The notes under the pieces: generated by a model
The model's input: the letters and a program-made list of their open reading frames with translations, nothing else
Told to the model about the DNA's origin: nothing
Database searches by the model: none
Position numbers and translations under genes: made by a program
Part shown: in pieces, positions 42,880 through 54,656 of the stretch
How positions within the stretch are numbered: the stretch's first letter is position 1
Layout of the letters: each line of letters opens with the position of its first letter
Source: Octopus vulgaris
Taxonomy: Eukaryota
Direction of reading: 5' to 3'
DNA length: 64,000 nucleotides
Assembly: GCA_951406725.2 (NCBI GenBank)
Contig: OX597821.1
Coordinates: forward strand, 71,796,001-71,860,000

Positions 42880-43855
42880 AAGAATATAAATACTGTTAAG
42901 AAAACCAAAGATTTTAGCTTCGCAGTGATGGATGTAAGTATACTTTTTTTATATGTATGAGAAATTGAAAAAGGAGAAACTGAAATATAGACATCAGTTT
43001 ATTAGGAAAAAATACTATTCTGAACAATATCAAACTCAATTTCACCTACAATTATTTCCATAACCAATTAAATCAATTTGAGAAATTAAATTAGTTGGAT
43101 CTTTATACAAACTATTTTCTAAACATTTTACTGAAGAAAATAGATATTATTATGTAATTAACTCCAGTTTTCTGCGTGTGGCTTTTTCTGTTTCGAAGAA
43201 TATGTCTCAGATTATTTCTTCCCTTGACGAGAGGAAATTATCAAAGTTTTATAACTATAATTATCCGATTAAATGCAACAATAATACTCTAGGAAATAAT
43301 GTTAGTGAAAAATGTATGAATAATTTTTCTAATGTACAAGGGGAACCAACCCACTTTAAATTCCATCATAACCCAAAGAATAGAAGTAACGCTTATCGTA
43401 TAAATCATAATAGTAATATGAATAGAAATGAAAATATATATTGTGATTGCAAAGATTGAAATAACTGTTTGTTTAATAATTATTGTAAACAAAAAAAATC
43501 TCGTGTATAGATGTAAAGTGAATTCTGAAGGTAAGAATTTCTCTTAGGTTGGTGCAACGCAAAACTATATCAAAAGATGCATCGCGAATCACAATTATAC
43601 ATTTAATAATAAAAATAAGTCGTCTTAAACCAATCTAAGTAAATTTATTTGGGACTTAAAGGAGAAGAATAAACTGTTTACTGTGGAGTTGAAATTAATA
43701 ATTGCCTATAAAATTGGCAATGACTTTTGTTTTCTTTAGTGGAAACATTATACCAAATCTTAAATTTCAAACGTAGACTCCTTAACACAAGTAGGGAGGG
43801 TGGGATTTCTTGTGTTCACGCCTATAAACATGTTTTCAAAACCTATCATTAAATA
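42880..43855 (+). mobile_element. Penelope-like element remnant with GIY-YIG endonuclease
   Basis: RVAFSVSKNMSQIISS, Asn-rich linker, CDCKD, NLVYRCKV...VGAT...IKRCIANHNYTF...LSKFIWDLK, terminal CVHAYKH; stops and frameshifts. Confidence 0.8.
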
Positions 43856-44183
43856 CAATGTAAAAGTTACCAGGACTATAGATTTAGGCGGTATGTAATA
43901 TATACGTTAATCTTTACGAATATATGCACCTTTTCATTGTATTCGTACCTCATGGATTCTCCTTTGGCGATCTGCTTCGTAATGATAAACATTTTCTTCG
44001 CAGTTTTAATGTCTTTCTAATCAGTTGTAGAGCACTCTCAGCGAAAAAGGCTTGGCTTCGACGAATTAGGATTCGTGCCAATTTTAAACACACCCATACA
44101 CCCACACATAAATACCCATAAGACACTCATACATAGAATTCTGTGTAAAGCTTATGTATATACGTTCCTATCTATCTATCAAT

Positions 44184-44262
<79 letters not shown>

Positions 44263-44524
44263 TACACGCAAAAAAAAGAATGAGAATAAGGATGTGTATG
44301 TATGAGAGAGAGGGAGAGGGAGAGGGAATATACAGAACAGGCTTTGTGTTAGGTTATATTCTATCAATTCGGGGGAATGGGAAAATTTTAATTTCATGCT
44401 TCTGATAACTCACAAAGCCGTTTGATATTGGTATTTCTCTCTATCACTCTTCCACACGTGCTCGCATTCTCTCTCTCTCTCTCCTTCTCACTTCTCTCCC
44501 TCTCTCTTTCTCTGTCTCCCTCTT

Positions 44525-44557
<33 letters not shown>

Positions 44558-44704
44558 CTCTATCTCACACACGCACTCGCTCTCTCTTCATCTCTTTCTC
44601 CTTCTCTTTCAATTTTATACATATATATACACACATCCGCGTGCATATGTGCGTAGATACACATACACAGACACAAATATTTTGTGTTTGTGTGTATAGA
44701 TAGT

Positions 44705-44776
<72 letters not shown>

Positions 44777-44852
44777 AGCATACATACATACCTATCTGTA
44801 CACATATACAGATATACATATATATTTGTGTGTGTTTGTGTGTGTATGTATT

Positions 44853-44921
<69 letters not shown>

Positions 44922-46111
44922 TGTGTGTGTGTGTGCATGTGTGTGTGTGTGCGTGTGTGTGCCTCCCTTTCTCGGCTTTCTGTATAACGTATCAACACTA
45001 AACCTAGAACCATTCTGCTGACTTTATATAATATAGAAAAAAAAACAATAAAACTATTTCTTTTCTTTTTACGGGAAATTTTAAAAAATTAAGCGACTTT
45101 ACGACAATTAATTAGACTAATGTGTTTTCCTGTTTTCTTTTTAAATAATGTTTTCAGTAAGTAAATAAGTAAATAAATCAGAATTTATTTTGCACTTCTA
45201 ATAATAGACCAACGAAAACAAATTATAAAATTCCATCTCGAACTTATTCGCGCCATTTCCCATTAACCTCAGACATATTTTTGTCTTTTACGTTCTTAAA
45301 CGTCACATCTTACACAAGAAACAGATCTTAAGAACCAAACATCTTCCCCGCCGTAAGGTTGCTGTATAAATTTCTCTCCAGTTTCTTGAGATTCAAATTA
45401 AATACAGACTAATTTCGCCTCAGATACAACCCCACGCCATTCAGTTAAGGGCCAGTCTCTTTAAGGCGGCAAAATGACAGTTGTCAAGCCACGTGGCGCA
45501 GGGAGATATAGCGTTGCACCTACGATCGCAAGATCGTGGGTTTGATTCCTGCACCAGCCATTGCGTTGTGTTCTTGAGCCAAACACTTCAATCACGTTGA
45601 CAGATTCGTCAGATAATTTGCTTAAATACTTTGAAGTATTTATTCCTGGTTCTTACGTTTTGAGTTCAACTCTTGCTCGGGAAAACTTAGCCTTTCTTCT
45701 TTCCGTAGTCGATAAGTAAAGTCTGAGGTAGCGGAATTAGCGGAAAAGTCACAGCATCGGAGGAAATACCATATGTTTGTTGTTCCAGCTCTTTGTGCGT
45801 TGTGTGTTGGATTACTTGGTTGGTAGGGTTGATCCGTGACCCAATTTAACACCACTACCTCGTGCCTTACGGGTTGGTGGGGAGACTTCAGTGGAATCAT
45901 ATATGCCACAAGCATTCAAGTCAGGTGTCCGGTTTAGAGAAAACTTCCTCTCTTCCTCTGCTTCCAACTCCCATACCCGGAGACCCTTGTAAAGGATCCT
46001 GAACAGTGTCCTTTTCCAGCTGACAAAAAGATAAAAAGAAAAACCTATTGAAAATATTTTCTTCTTGCTGTTGGCCTTACCATGGAAGCCGGCAAAACAC
46101 CAGTCAATATT

Positions 46112-46325
46112 CTTTTCTACTCTAGGCACGTAGCCCGAAATTATTGGGGGGGGGATGGGGGCAGTCGATTAGATCGACCCCAGTACACAACTGGTACTTA
46201 GTTTATAGATCCTGAAAGGATTAAAGGCAAAGTCGACCTCGGCGGAATTTGAACTCAGAACGTAGCGGCAGACGAAATACCACTAAGCATTTCGCGTGCT
46301 AACGTTTCTGCCAGCTCGCGCCTTG
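46112..46325 (-). mobile_element. SINE family A, single-unit form with TSD
   Basis: Reverse complement of family A; TSD AAACAC(CA/GC)GTCAATATT at 46095-46111 and 46326-46342. Confidence 0.9.
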
Positions 46326-46354
46326 AAACACGCGTCAATATTATATTACGACAA

Positions 46355-46565
46355 GGCGGTGAGCTATGAGAAATGTTAGCACGTCGGATTAACTGCTTAG
46401 CGACATTTCGTCCGTTTTTACATTCTGAGTTCAAATTCCGCCGACGTCGACTTTGCCTTTTATCCATTCAGAGTCGATAAATTAAGTATCAGTTGCGTAC
46501 TTAATTTCTTAATTGCGTACAGTTCTCCCCCGAAATTGCTGGCCTTGAGCCAAAATTTGAAATCG
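46355..46565 (+). mobile_element. SINE family A
   Basis: GGCGGTGAGCT..CTGAGTTCAAATTCCGCCGA..TTTGCCTTTTATCC core. Confidence 0.85.
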
Positions 46566-48091
46566 AAATTACATTATGACAACAAACCAATCCTACTCGT
46601 CCGCTACATTCAGATCTACCTTCCGCCATCTTGAAATTCTTACGGGTCAACGTAGGCCCCATGACGAGAGAGTAATACTGGCCTTTGACAACTCCCCCCT
46701 CACCTTATGCTTACATGTAAGTAATGATATGACAGATTTAAATGATACATGATCATCTTTGTAATGATGAGCAAACAAGATGAGACGAAAACCACAGGAG
46801 TGCCTATGAGGTGGGGAAGAGCTCTATCTGGTTACACCACCATAAAATCACACCTGCTGTTATAGAAAATAAGAGCACTAACTTTGGATAATGTAGCCCT
46901 AAATATATTATGTGTGAAAATAGAGTGGAATGTTCATGACAAGAACTCTGTTTCTGGATGGCTTAAACAACCAAAGCGACATCTGTTGGTTTTATTAATT
47001 TGGGGCGTCGAGCCGACAGAAGGACAAAATGCTTAGCGGCATTTATTCCGATTCTTTACTATTTAAGTTCAAATGACACCGAGGTCAGCTTTGCACTTTA
47101 TCCTTTCCTGGATCGGTAAATAATGGATCGATATAACTGATTTGCCTCTCCCCAGCAAAAAAAGAAAATTACTGGCCTTGCAACGGACCGGCGTTTCGTT
47201 CAGGGGTCAATCTTGTGATTTTGGTCACCATGCTATGGAAACCAGGTAATCAATTTTATGAGTCACAAGACACGAGGAGAAAACATACTAAAGCAGACTA
47301 ATGAAGCAGGCCTGAACGACCAGATCTGTTATTAAAGACGTTCCAGTTGTGATCACCCCTCATTTTTGTATTTCAGTGACAACATACACTGTTCTATCCT
47401 TCCTAATCAAGACAGTGGGTGAAATATGGCTGTTCTGTCTGCTAGGTCACATGACCTTGCTGGAAACAGTAGCGTCAATCATGTGACTGTATCTGCCTCC
47501 ATTAATAAAGAACAAATTCCTAGTGAGAAGAAATTATTATCATCATGTCTATTAAACAAACATTATTGAATTTCTGTTGTTGTGGTTTTTGTTATTGTTA
47601 GTGGTGGTGGTGGTGGTGGTGGTGGTGGTGGTAACTATTTATTTATTAGTTTGTGAATATCATTTTACCGAACGTGTCATATCAGTGAAAGCTGGTTCTG
47701 TAAGTGAAGCCAAGAGGTTGACTAAGTTATAAGCACGTGTGATGAGCTGATAGCTGTCTTAAAGTGATTGCCTCTGCTATCTAATCTTCAACTAAACTGG
47801 GAGAGTTTACATCCTGGACAGACAGCGTCGTTATGAATGGGAATCTCTCACTGAAAGGTTTCGCTCAGTGAACCACACGCACACAAACATATTTCTATAC
47901 AGTATATACGCATATAAAATGCAGACACATACACACACATACATATACACAGATATACACACACAGACACACATATCCGCACATATACATATATACACAT
48001 ATGTATGTATGTGCTTGTGTGTGTGTGCGTGTGTGTGTAGAAGGAGATAGAAGCTACTATTTCCGTGCATATTGCTTTAAAGAGACATCTA

Positions 48092-48538
48092 CAGTTCACC
48101 TTGATACGAATAAAAGCTCTCAGCGGACGAGACGAACAGAATAAGTATTTCAAAATTACTGAGTCAATAGTATACTATAGTTTCAGGTTTAACTTTCAAA
48201 TTAAATAAATCAATTTTAAAATAATTAATTTAATTTAAATTTAATAAGTTTGACTTCCCACAGCGCTATCGCTCCATATTTACGAAGAAACATGAATAAT
48301 TTTTAAAATATTAGCTTATTCGTCCACAGCCATTTAAAAAAAGAAAATTATTCATGTTTCTTCGTAAATATGAAGCGATAGCGCTGTGGAAAGTCAAACT
48401 TATTAAATTAGTTATTTTAAAATTGGTTTATTTAATTTGAAAGTTAAACCTGAAACTATGTAATTTAAATGTAATTTAAGAATATTTATCCTGTTCGTCT
48501 CGCCCCCTGAGAGCTTTTATTCGTATCAAGGTGAATTA
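48092..48538. mobile_element. foldback MITE with ~200-bp inverted arms
   Basis: Arms ~48092-48303 and ~48343-48538 are reverse complements; ~40-bp spacer; left end TA|CAG as in Tc1/mariner-Tigger. Confidence 0.8.
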
Positions 48539-48612
48539 CAAAATTTGCCGACAGGCAGAAGTATGCTGAAACATGTTAAGGAAGTTTAGCTTTCTTACAC
48601 TTTTGTTGTGTA

Positions 48613-48668
<56 letters not shown>

Positions 48669-48776
48669 AACCCCTTATTCGCAAAATTACCGAACTTAAC
48701 TATGGTCTGTCTATAGCACTTATTCAGCATTACCTGGCACCTTTGGGTCTCAGTAACACCATTATCTCTTATATAT

Positions 48777-49009
48777 ATATTTCTTTACTACCCACAAGGG
48801 ACTAAACATAGAGGGGACAAACAAGGATAGACAAAGAGATAAAGTCGATAACATCAACCCCAGTACGAAACTGGTAATTTATTTATCGACCCCGAAAGGA
48901 TGAAAGGCAAAGTCGACCTCGGCGGAATTTGAACTCAGAACGTAAAGACAGACGAAATATCGCTAAACATTTCGCCCGGCGTGCTAACGCTTCTGCCAGC
49001 TTACCGCCG
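48777..49009 (-). mobile_element. SINE family A (form ending GTAGTAAAGAAATA)
   Basis: Reverse complement of the head plus one unit. Confidence 0.9.
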
Positions 49010-49011
49010 TA

Positions 49012-49086
<75 letters not shown>

Positions 49087-49132
49087 CATACATACATACA
49101 TACATACATACATACATACATACATACATACA

Positions 49133-49163
<31 letters not shown>

Positions 49164-49202
49164 GTATACATACATATATATATACATACATATCTATACA
49201 TA

Positions 49203-50260
49203 TAAATAATGAGGGAGATAAATTGAATATTAATTTAATTAATATCAATTTAAAACCATTAGCCTAGCATACAAAAATCTGAAAAATCAGAGAAAATTCC
49301 AATACATGTGTATATTTTAAGAGCTAAAAACCACGATGTGGACAGCCATATGCTAGAAATAGATCACCCACGATCAAACTACAAAGAAAGAATGTTCTCT
49401 AGAGAAAATTCAGCGGACACCAGAACAATAGGCGGGCAAGGCAGTTGAAAATTATATAAAAAATCAAGAATTAATCGCAGGAGTGGCTGTGTGGTAAGTA
49501 GCTTGCTAACCAACCACATGGTTCCGGGTTCAGTCCCACTGCGTGGCATCTTGGGCAAGTGTCTTCTGCTATAGCCCCGGGCCGACCAATGCCTTGTGGG
49601 TGGATTTGGTAGACGGAAACTGAAGGAAGCCTGTCGTATATATGTATATATATATATATGTGTGTTTGTGTATCTGTGTTTGTCCCCCTAGCATTGCTTG
49701 ACAACCGATGCTGGTGTGCTTACGTCCCCGTCACTTAGCGGTTCGGCAAAAGAGACCGATAGAATAAGTACTGGGCTTACAAAGAATAAGTCCCGGGGTC
49801 GATTTGCTCGACTAAAGGCGGTACTCCAGCATGGCCGCAGTCAAATGGCTGAAACAAGTAAAAGAGAGAGTAAAGAGTATACCGGTTTCGACTATTAACG
49901 AATAAATCACTTACGTAATCCTTCGTCCGTAGGACTCATCAGTACGATCGTTCCAAAAGCAATATAATTTGTAAAACTAACCACCGGTTTTCTGTATAAA
50001 ACAGATACGTACTTAGTTCTAACTATTACATTGGGGTTAATTTCAAATGTCTGAGTTCTGGCGCGCTAAATTCCGGAAACAAAAACTGCAGCAAATAATT
50101 TACTGCAGTTAATGCTGCATATTAGAGAACATATTTATTTTAACATTTAAATAATGAGGGAGATAAATTGAATATTAATTTAATTAATATCAATTTAAAA
50201 CCAATAGCCTAGCATACAAAAATCTGAAAAATCAGAGAAAATTCCAATACATGTGTATAT
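49203..50260 (-). mobile_element. hammerhead-containing partial tandem repeat (Penelope pLTR/retrozyme-like)
   Basis: 113-bp direct repeats at 49203-49315 and 50148-50260 (1 mismatch); internal hammerhead motif; SINE B insertion. Confidence 0.75.
49477..49876 (+). mobile_element. SINE family B, full length, young-looking
   Basis: Head GCAGGAGTGGCTGTGTGGTAAG, B-box-like GGTTCAGTCCC, internal TA/TG tract, tail GCATGGCCGCAGTCAAATGGCTGAAACAAGTAAAAG. Confidence 0.95.
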
Positions 50261-50279
50261 ATACATATGTATTTTTGTA

Positions 50280-50369
50280 ATGAAGTACGATTGTTTCATG
50301 CTTCTCCATTTAATTGAACAATGAAAATATTACATCAGTTTTAAAATGTAGAGCAATCTTCAGCTCCAT
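50280..50369 (-). ncRNA. type I hammerhead ribozyme-like motif
   Basis: AUGGAG-CUGAAGA-(stem II)-GAAAC-AAUC-GUA-CUUCAU on the minus strand. Confidence 0.7.
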
Positions 50370-50497
50370 AAAAACATAGAATTTAGTTAAATTCAAAGGA
50401 TTCATTTGTATAGTTATTCTATTAACCAAAATCACAAAGAGGATAAGTAGATAGACAAAGGACATGTTTCTTCAACAATATCATAGTAGTAACTTTT

Positions 50498-50587
50498 ATG
50501 CAGCTGAAGATTGCTCTACATTTTAAAACTGATGTAATATTTGCATTGTTCAATTAAATGGAGTCGCATGAAACGATTGTACTGCAT
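50498..50587 (+). ncRNA. type I hammerhead ribozyme-like motif
   Basis: AUGCAG-CUGAAGA-(stem II)-GAAAC-GAUU-GUA-CUGCAU; perfect 6-bp stem I and complete core. Confidence 0.75.
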
Positions 50588-51221
50588 TACCTCTGGATAT
50601 CCTTGTTGCTTATTTTGATTGTAATCACCCCGTTTTGAATTATATGGATAATACCATACTAAATTCTGGTACCTTTAACTTAAGTACCATATTCAACTGA
50701 ATATATATATATATACATATGGTATGAACACACACACACAAATGTACGCGTGTATGTATGCATCGTTCTTTTTGTTCGAAACACATTTTGTAGTTGTTGA
50801 GTAGATGAACATATTAATATTAAGATAAACATTAATCAATGATTTCTTCGTGTTTATTTTTCATTCATTTCAAGAGAGTGCGAAGGAAGGAGCTTTCATT
50901 TTACAATATTGATTGTTTTGTTAATATAAAACATGACTAGCAACAACACCCTCGGTGATTTTATCTGTTTTTGTATTAGGACTTCCCATATTTGCTTACA
51001 AGAAGCGCTGAGTAAATGGGTGACTTGTCAAATAGTTTGTGTCGAATATTTATTTCATCGAGCAACAAAATGTCGTCAGTGGAAAATCGACCTTCAGCTC
51101 TACGGTGTTGTTTGCTGGTTCTTCGCACTATGAAAATAAAGAAGACGAAGAAAAAGAGAATCACATCAATAAAACTAAATGTAACTTATGGCAGTGTGTT
51201 TATAATATTCATTACAGGCGT

Positions 51222-51803
51222 AAGGGGTGAGCTGGCAGAACCGTTAGCACGCCGTGAGAAATGCGTAGCCGTATTTCGTTTGTCTTTACGTTCTGAGTTT
51301 AAATTCCGCCGATATCGACTTTGCCTTTCATCCTTTCGGGGTCGATAAATTAACCACCAATTACGCACTGGGGTCGATATAATCGACTTAATCCATTTGT
51401 CTGTCCTTGTTTGTCCTCTCTGTGTTTAGCCCCTTGTGGGTAGTAAAGAAACAGGTATTTCGTCTGCCGCTACGTTCTTAGTTCAAATTCCGCCGAGGTC
51501 GACTTTGCCTTTCATCCTTTCGGGGTCGATAAAATAAGCACCAGTTACGCATTGGGGTCGATATAATCGACTCAATCCGTTTGTCTGTCGTTGTTTGCCC
51601 TCTCTGTGTGTAGCCCTTTGTGGGTAGTAAAGAAATAGGTATTTCGTCTGTCGCTATGTTCTGAGTTCAAATTCCATCAATGTCGACTTTGCTTTTCATC
51701 CTTTCGAGATCGATAAATTAAGTACCAGTTACGTACTGGTGTTGATCTAACCGACTGGCCCCTCCCCCAAAATTTCGGGCCTTGTACCTAGAGTAGAAAA
51801 GAT
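51222..51803 (+). mobile_element. SINE family A, 3-unit form, with 16-bp TSD
   Basis: Units start at 51271, 51455 and 51639 (period 184); TSD TATTCATTA(C/A)AGGCGT at 51206-51221 and 51804-51819. Confidence 0.9.
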
Positions 51804-51814
51804 TATTCATTAAA

Positions 51815-52030
51815 GGCGTGAGCTGGTAGAATTGTTAGTGCGTCGGACAAAAATCCTTGGAGATATTTCTTCTTCCGGATTTACAGTCTGAGTGTTCATA
51901 TTCCGCCGAGGTCGCCTTTGCTTTTCATTCTTTTGATGTCGATAAAATAATTATCAGATAAACACCTGCGTCGATGTAATTGATTTACCTGTCCCATAAA
52001 ATATCAGGTGTTTTACCTTTTGTAGAAAGA
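51815..52030 (+). mobile_element. older SINE family A copy
   Basis: GGCGTGAGCTGGTAGAA..TTCCGCCGAGGTCGCCTTTGCTTTTCATTC. Confidence 0.85.
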
Positions 52031-52966
52031 ACTCATTCACGTATTACATTGTGATATCGATACAAGATCAAACATGATAGAGACGGATTTAATCGATTAG
52101 ATCATCCTCCATATTTAAATGATACATATTTTATCGATCTAGGAAACTTGCAAGGTAAAGTTGTCCCCACCGGTTATTGAACTCGTAACGTTCAGGTACA
52201 GTTTGTCAGAAGGCGACTCTCAGACAATTCAACCATTTTCCAAACTTTTTATTTCTTTATTTATTACAAAACTTAAGAAAAATATTGTGTTTCGTATTTG
52301 TGTGTGTCTGAGTCTCCCTTCCATGTTGTTGTTTGGCTTTCGCAAAACAGTGTCATACTACGAGTGACGAAGCTTTGTCACCAAATATGATTCGGTTATG
52401 TCACCAATATTCTATTCCCTTTCCATTACCTTCAACTTGGAAATATTATCTGCAGCTCCAGACTAACTTTTGGGACTTCCATCCTGTCTTTTTTTTTTCT
52501 TTCCGTTTCTTTTTCTTTTGTTTTCCTTTTATTATTCGTTGCTGTTTCATTCAATATTTTGTTTCCTTTACGCCTAACAGCACACTGAAGCTATAAAACA
52601 GACAGGCAATGGGGACTAGCAACACTTATTGATTAACTTTCTATAAGTCGTCGTCGCCGTCGTCGTTGTTGTTGTTTTACTATGATGAACATGGTTAGAC
52701 TACCAGGAATGGTAGGGAAACCAGTAAAATATATAATGATAATTAGCTACGTTCCTCTACATTTTAGGTTCAAATTTCGCCGGGGTTTCCTTCCCCTCTC
52801 CACTATCTTTTCATCGTGTACTTAATCGATTTAATTGGCTCTCCTCTGTCCCAAAATGTGTGGCTTTGTAACAACGCTAGGAATTATTAGCTTGAGGTGA
52901 GCTAACTTCTTTCTCTACAAAGTAGAGTAGGAGATGAGCTTTGAAAAGGCCGAGTGAAGTTGTTAT

Positions 52967-53160
52967 ATAGGGAGAGTTTACGAAAAAAACAAAAGACAAA
53001 GACAAGTAGTGTAGAAAACAAACATGTATTAGTATAACGCTCAGGAATAGAAAAAGTCTTTTACGTTTCGAGCCTACGCTCTTCTACAGAAAAGGACACA
53101 GAATAAAAATCAAGGAGGGAAAAAAATGTGTGTAGTGGCTAACGATCTATTATGGCGACG
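52967..53160 (-). mobile_element. Penelope-pLTR-like fragment with a variant minimal hammerhead
   Basis: Minus strand CUGUAGA-A-GAGC-GUAG-GCUC-GAAACGUA-AAAGAC at 53056-53097; boundaries approximate. Confidence 0.5.
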
Positions 53161-54373
53161 TTGTTATATATTTAAGTATGTTAATTTGAGAAATTACGAA
53201 CTTCACAATATTTTAACCATCCTAAATTATACGGGTTTGCGCCGAGTTAAAAATAAATTATTATCATTATTTATTATTTTACAATTTGTTTTCAGTAGAA
53301 AGGATTAAACTACTATTTGTTTAGCGCTGGATATATCTGTCTGTGAATAAACAAATTGTGAGAAGAGGAATTGTGAAAAGATGTGAGTGGATGTGTATAT
53401 TAATACATAAAGCGCGACGGGTCACAATCGTGGCCGTCAAGCACAGGTCGACAGGCCAGGATATGGCCCAGATAGATGCATTTAATTTATGGGCGTTTGT
53501 TGGGGTCTAATGTCACTCAAACACTCCGATATCCCCCAGAATGCAAGAGGATTACTAGTTCAACTAATGACTTTTCAGATTATGTAAAACTCTCATTTTC
53601 ATAAAATGTGCGCAGCAGTCCACGCTATGTAAGTGGAAATCCCAGCGCTTTATGGGTTAAGCTATTTCTTTCCCGAATCTGAAAGCAAAACTCTTGTACT
53701 TGTAACTCGAAACCCATGATGTGTATTCATGGTGTTCTATAGAAGCTAAGTATTCCTGCAAACGGCCTTTAAGCCGGTACGGTAAGCCAACGAAACACTC
53801 GTTAATTCTAGTGTGCTGCTGCTGTTTATTGTAATGAATCATAACTTTACTCGAGATGGACTCAGGATATGTTATGAGGATAGAGAGCAAAGCACCCCCC
53901 ACCACCTTTGGTTTTATCACCTTTACCATCCTCATTCCTGTAAACTAATGAAATGAATGTAATTATTTTGAATATTCTCTAAAATATCAAATTTGATATA
54001 AGACTAAATACGAAATCCTTGGCATCAATAAAATATTATGATTCAGAATACTCATTTCTGCACAATATAACCTACATGTTACAAAACCATAAACGTACCG
54101 AATGCACCCGGCATATCTTAATACTAAAAAGCATAACAATGATTCTTGATAATTTACATAATACAACTGGGCCGATAAGATTTCCCTATCTTGTCCACAG
54201 GCGCTTTGGCAATGCAGTGCAATTACGAGACCAGCACGACCGAAAAATACGTTCCAAAGTAGTTTCAGCTTTAGATTTCTCATTATTTGTGGAAACACTT
54301 GAACGAAGTTTTGCTTCGAAATCTAGAGGAAAATATTCTTGTTTTGAAAGCCTGTATTACTAGCTACTGTATT

Positions 54374-54409
<36 letters not shown>

Positions 54410-54412
<3 letters not shown>

Positions 54413-54601
54413 TTTAATTTAATTAGGCTGGTATGCCATTAAAAACATCGAAACAATGCATTGTCTAAAGATGAATAGGGTAAATGTTTTTTTAATTTTC
54501 CATTAATTTCTGAATTACTATTACTTGGTGGTTTGAGTCCTGGCTGCTCTTTCTAGCGGGTCGAATGGCCTATTTGAGGCCGCTCCTCAATTGTTGTTGA
54601 A

Positions 54602-54605
<4 letters not shown>
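54410..54605 (+). mobile_element. Penelope-pLTR-like fragment between (TA)n tracts
   Basis: Contains GAAAC-AATGCATT-GTC and a CTTTCTAGC motif; TTTCTAGC also occurs on the minus strand of the 49203 and 57695 units. Confidence 0.5.
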
Positions 54606-54639
<34 letters not shown>

Positions 54640-54656
54640 CACATATACATATATAT

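Noticed and set aside
51271-51803. Regular 184-bp repeats as a CRISPR-like or satellite array
   Set aside because: No unique spacers; they are internal SINE units bounded by a TSD.
53743-53781. 39-nt exon candidate (AKYSCKRPLSRY)
   Set aside because: Weak acceptor and phase 1-1, incompatible with the two better candidates without further exons.
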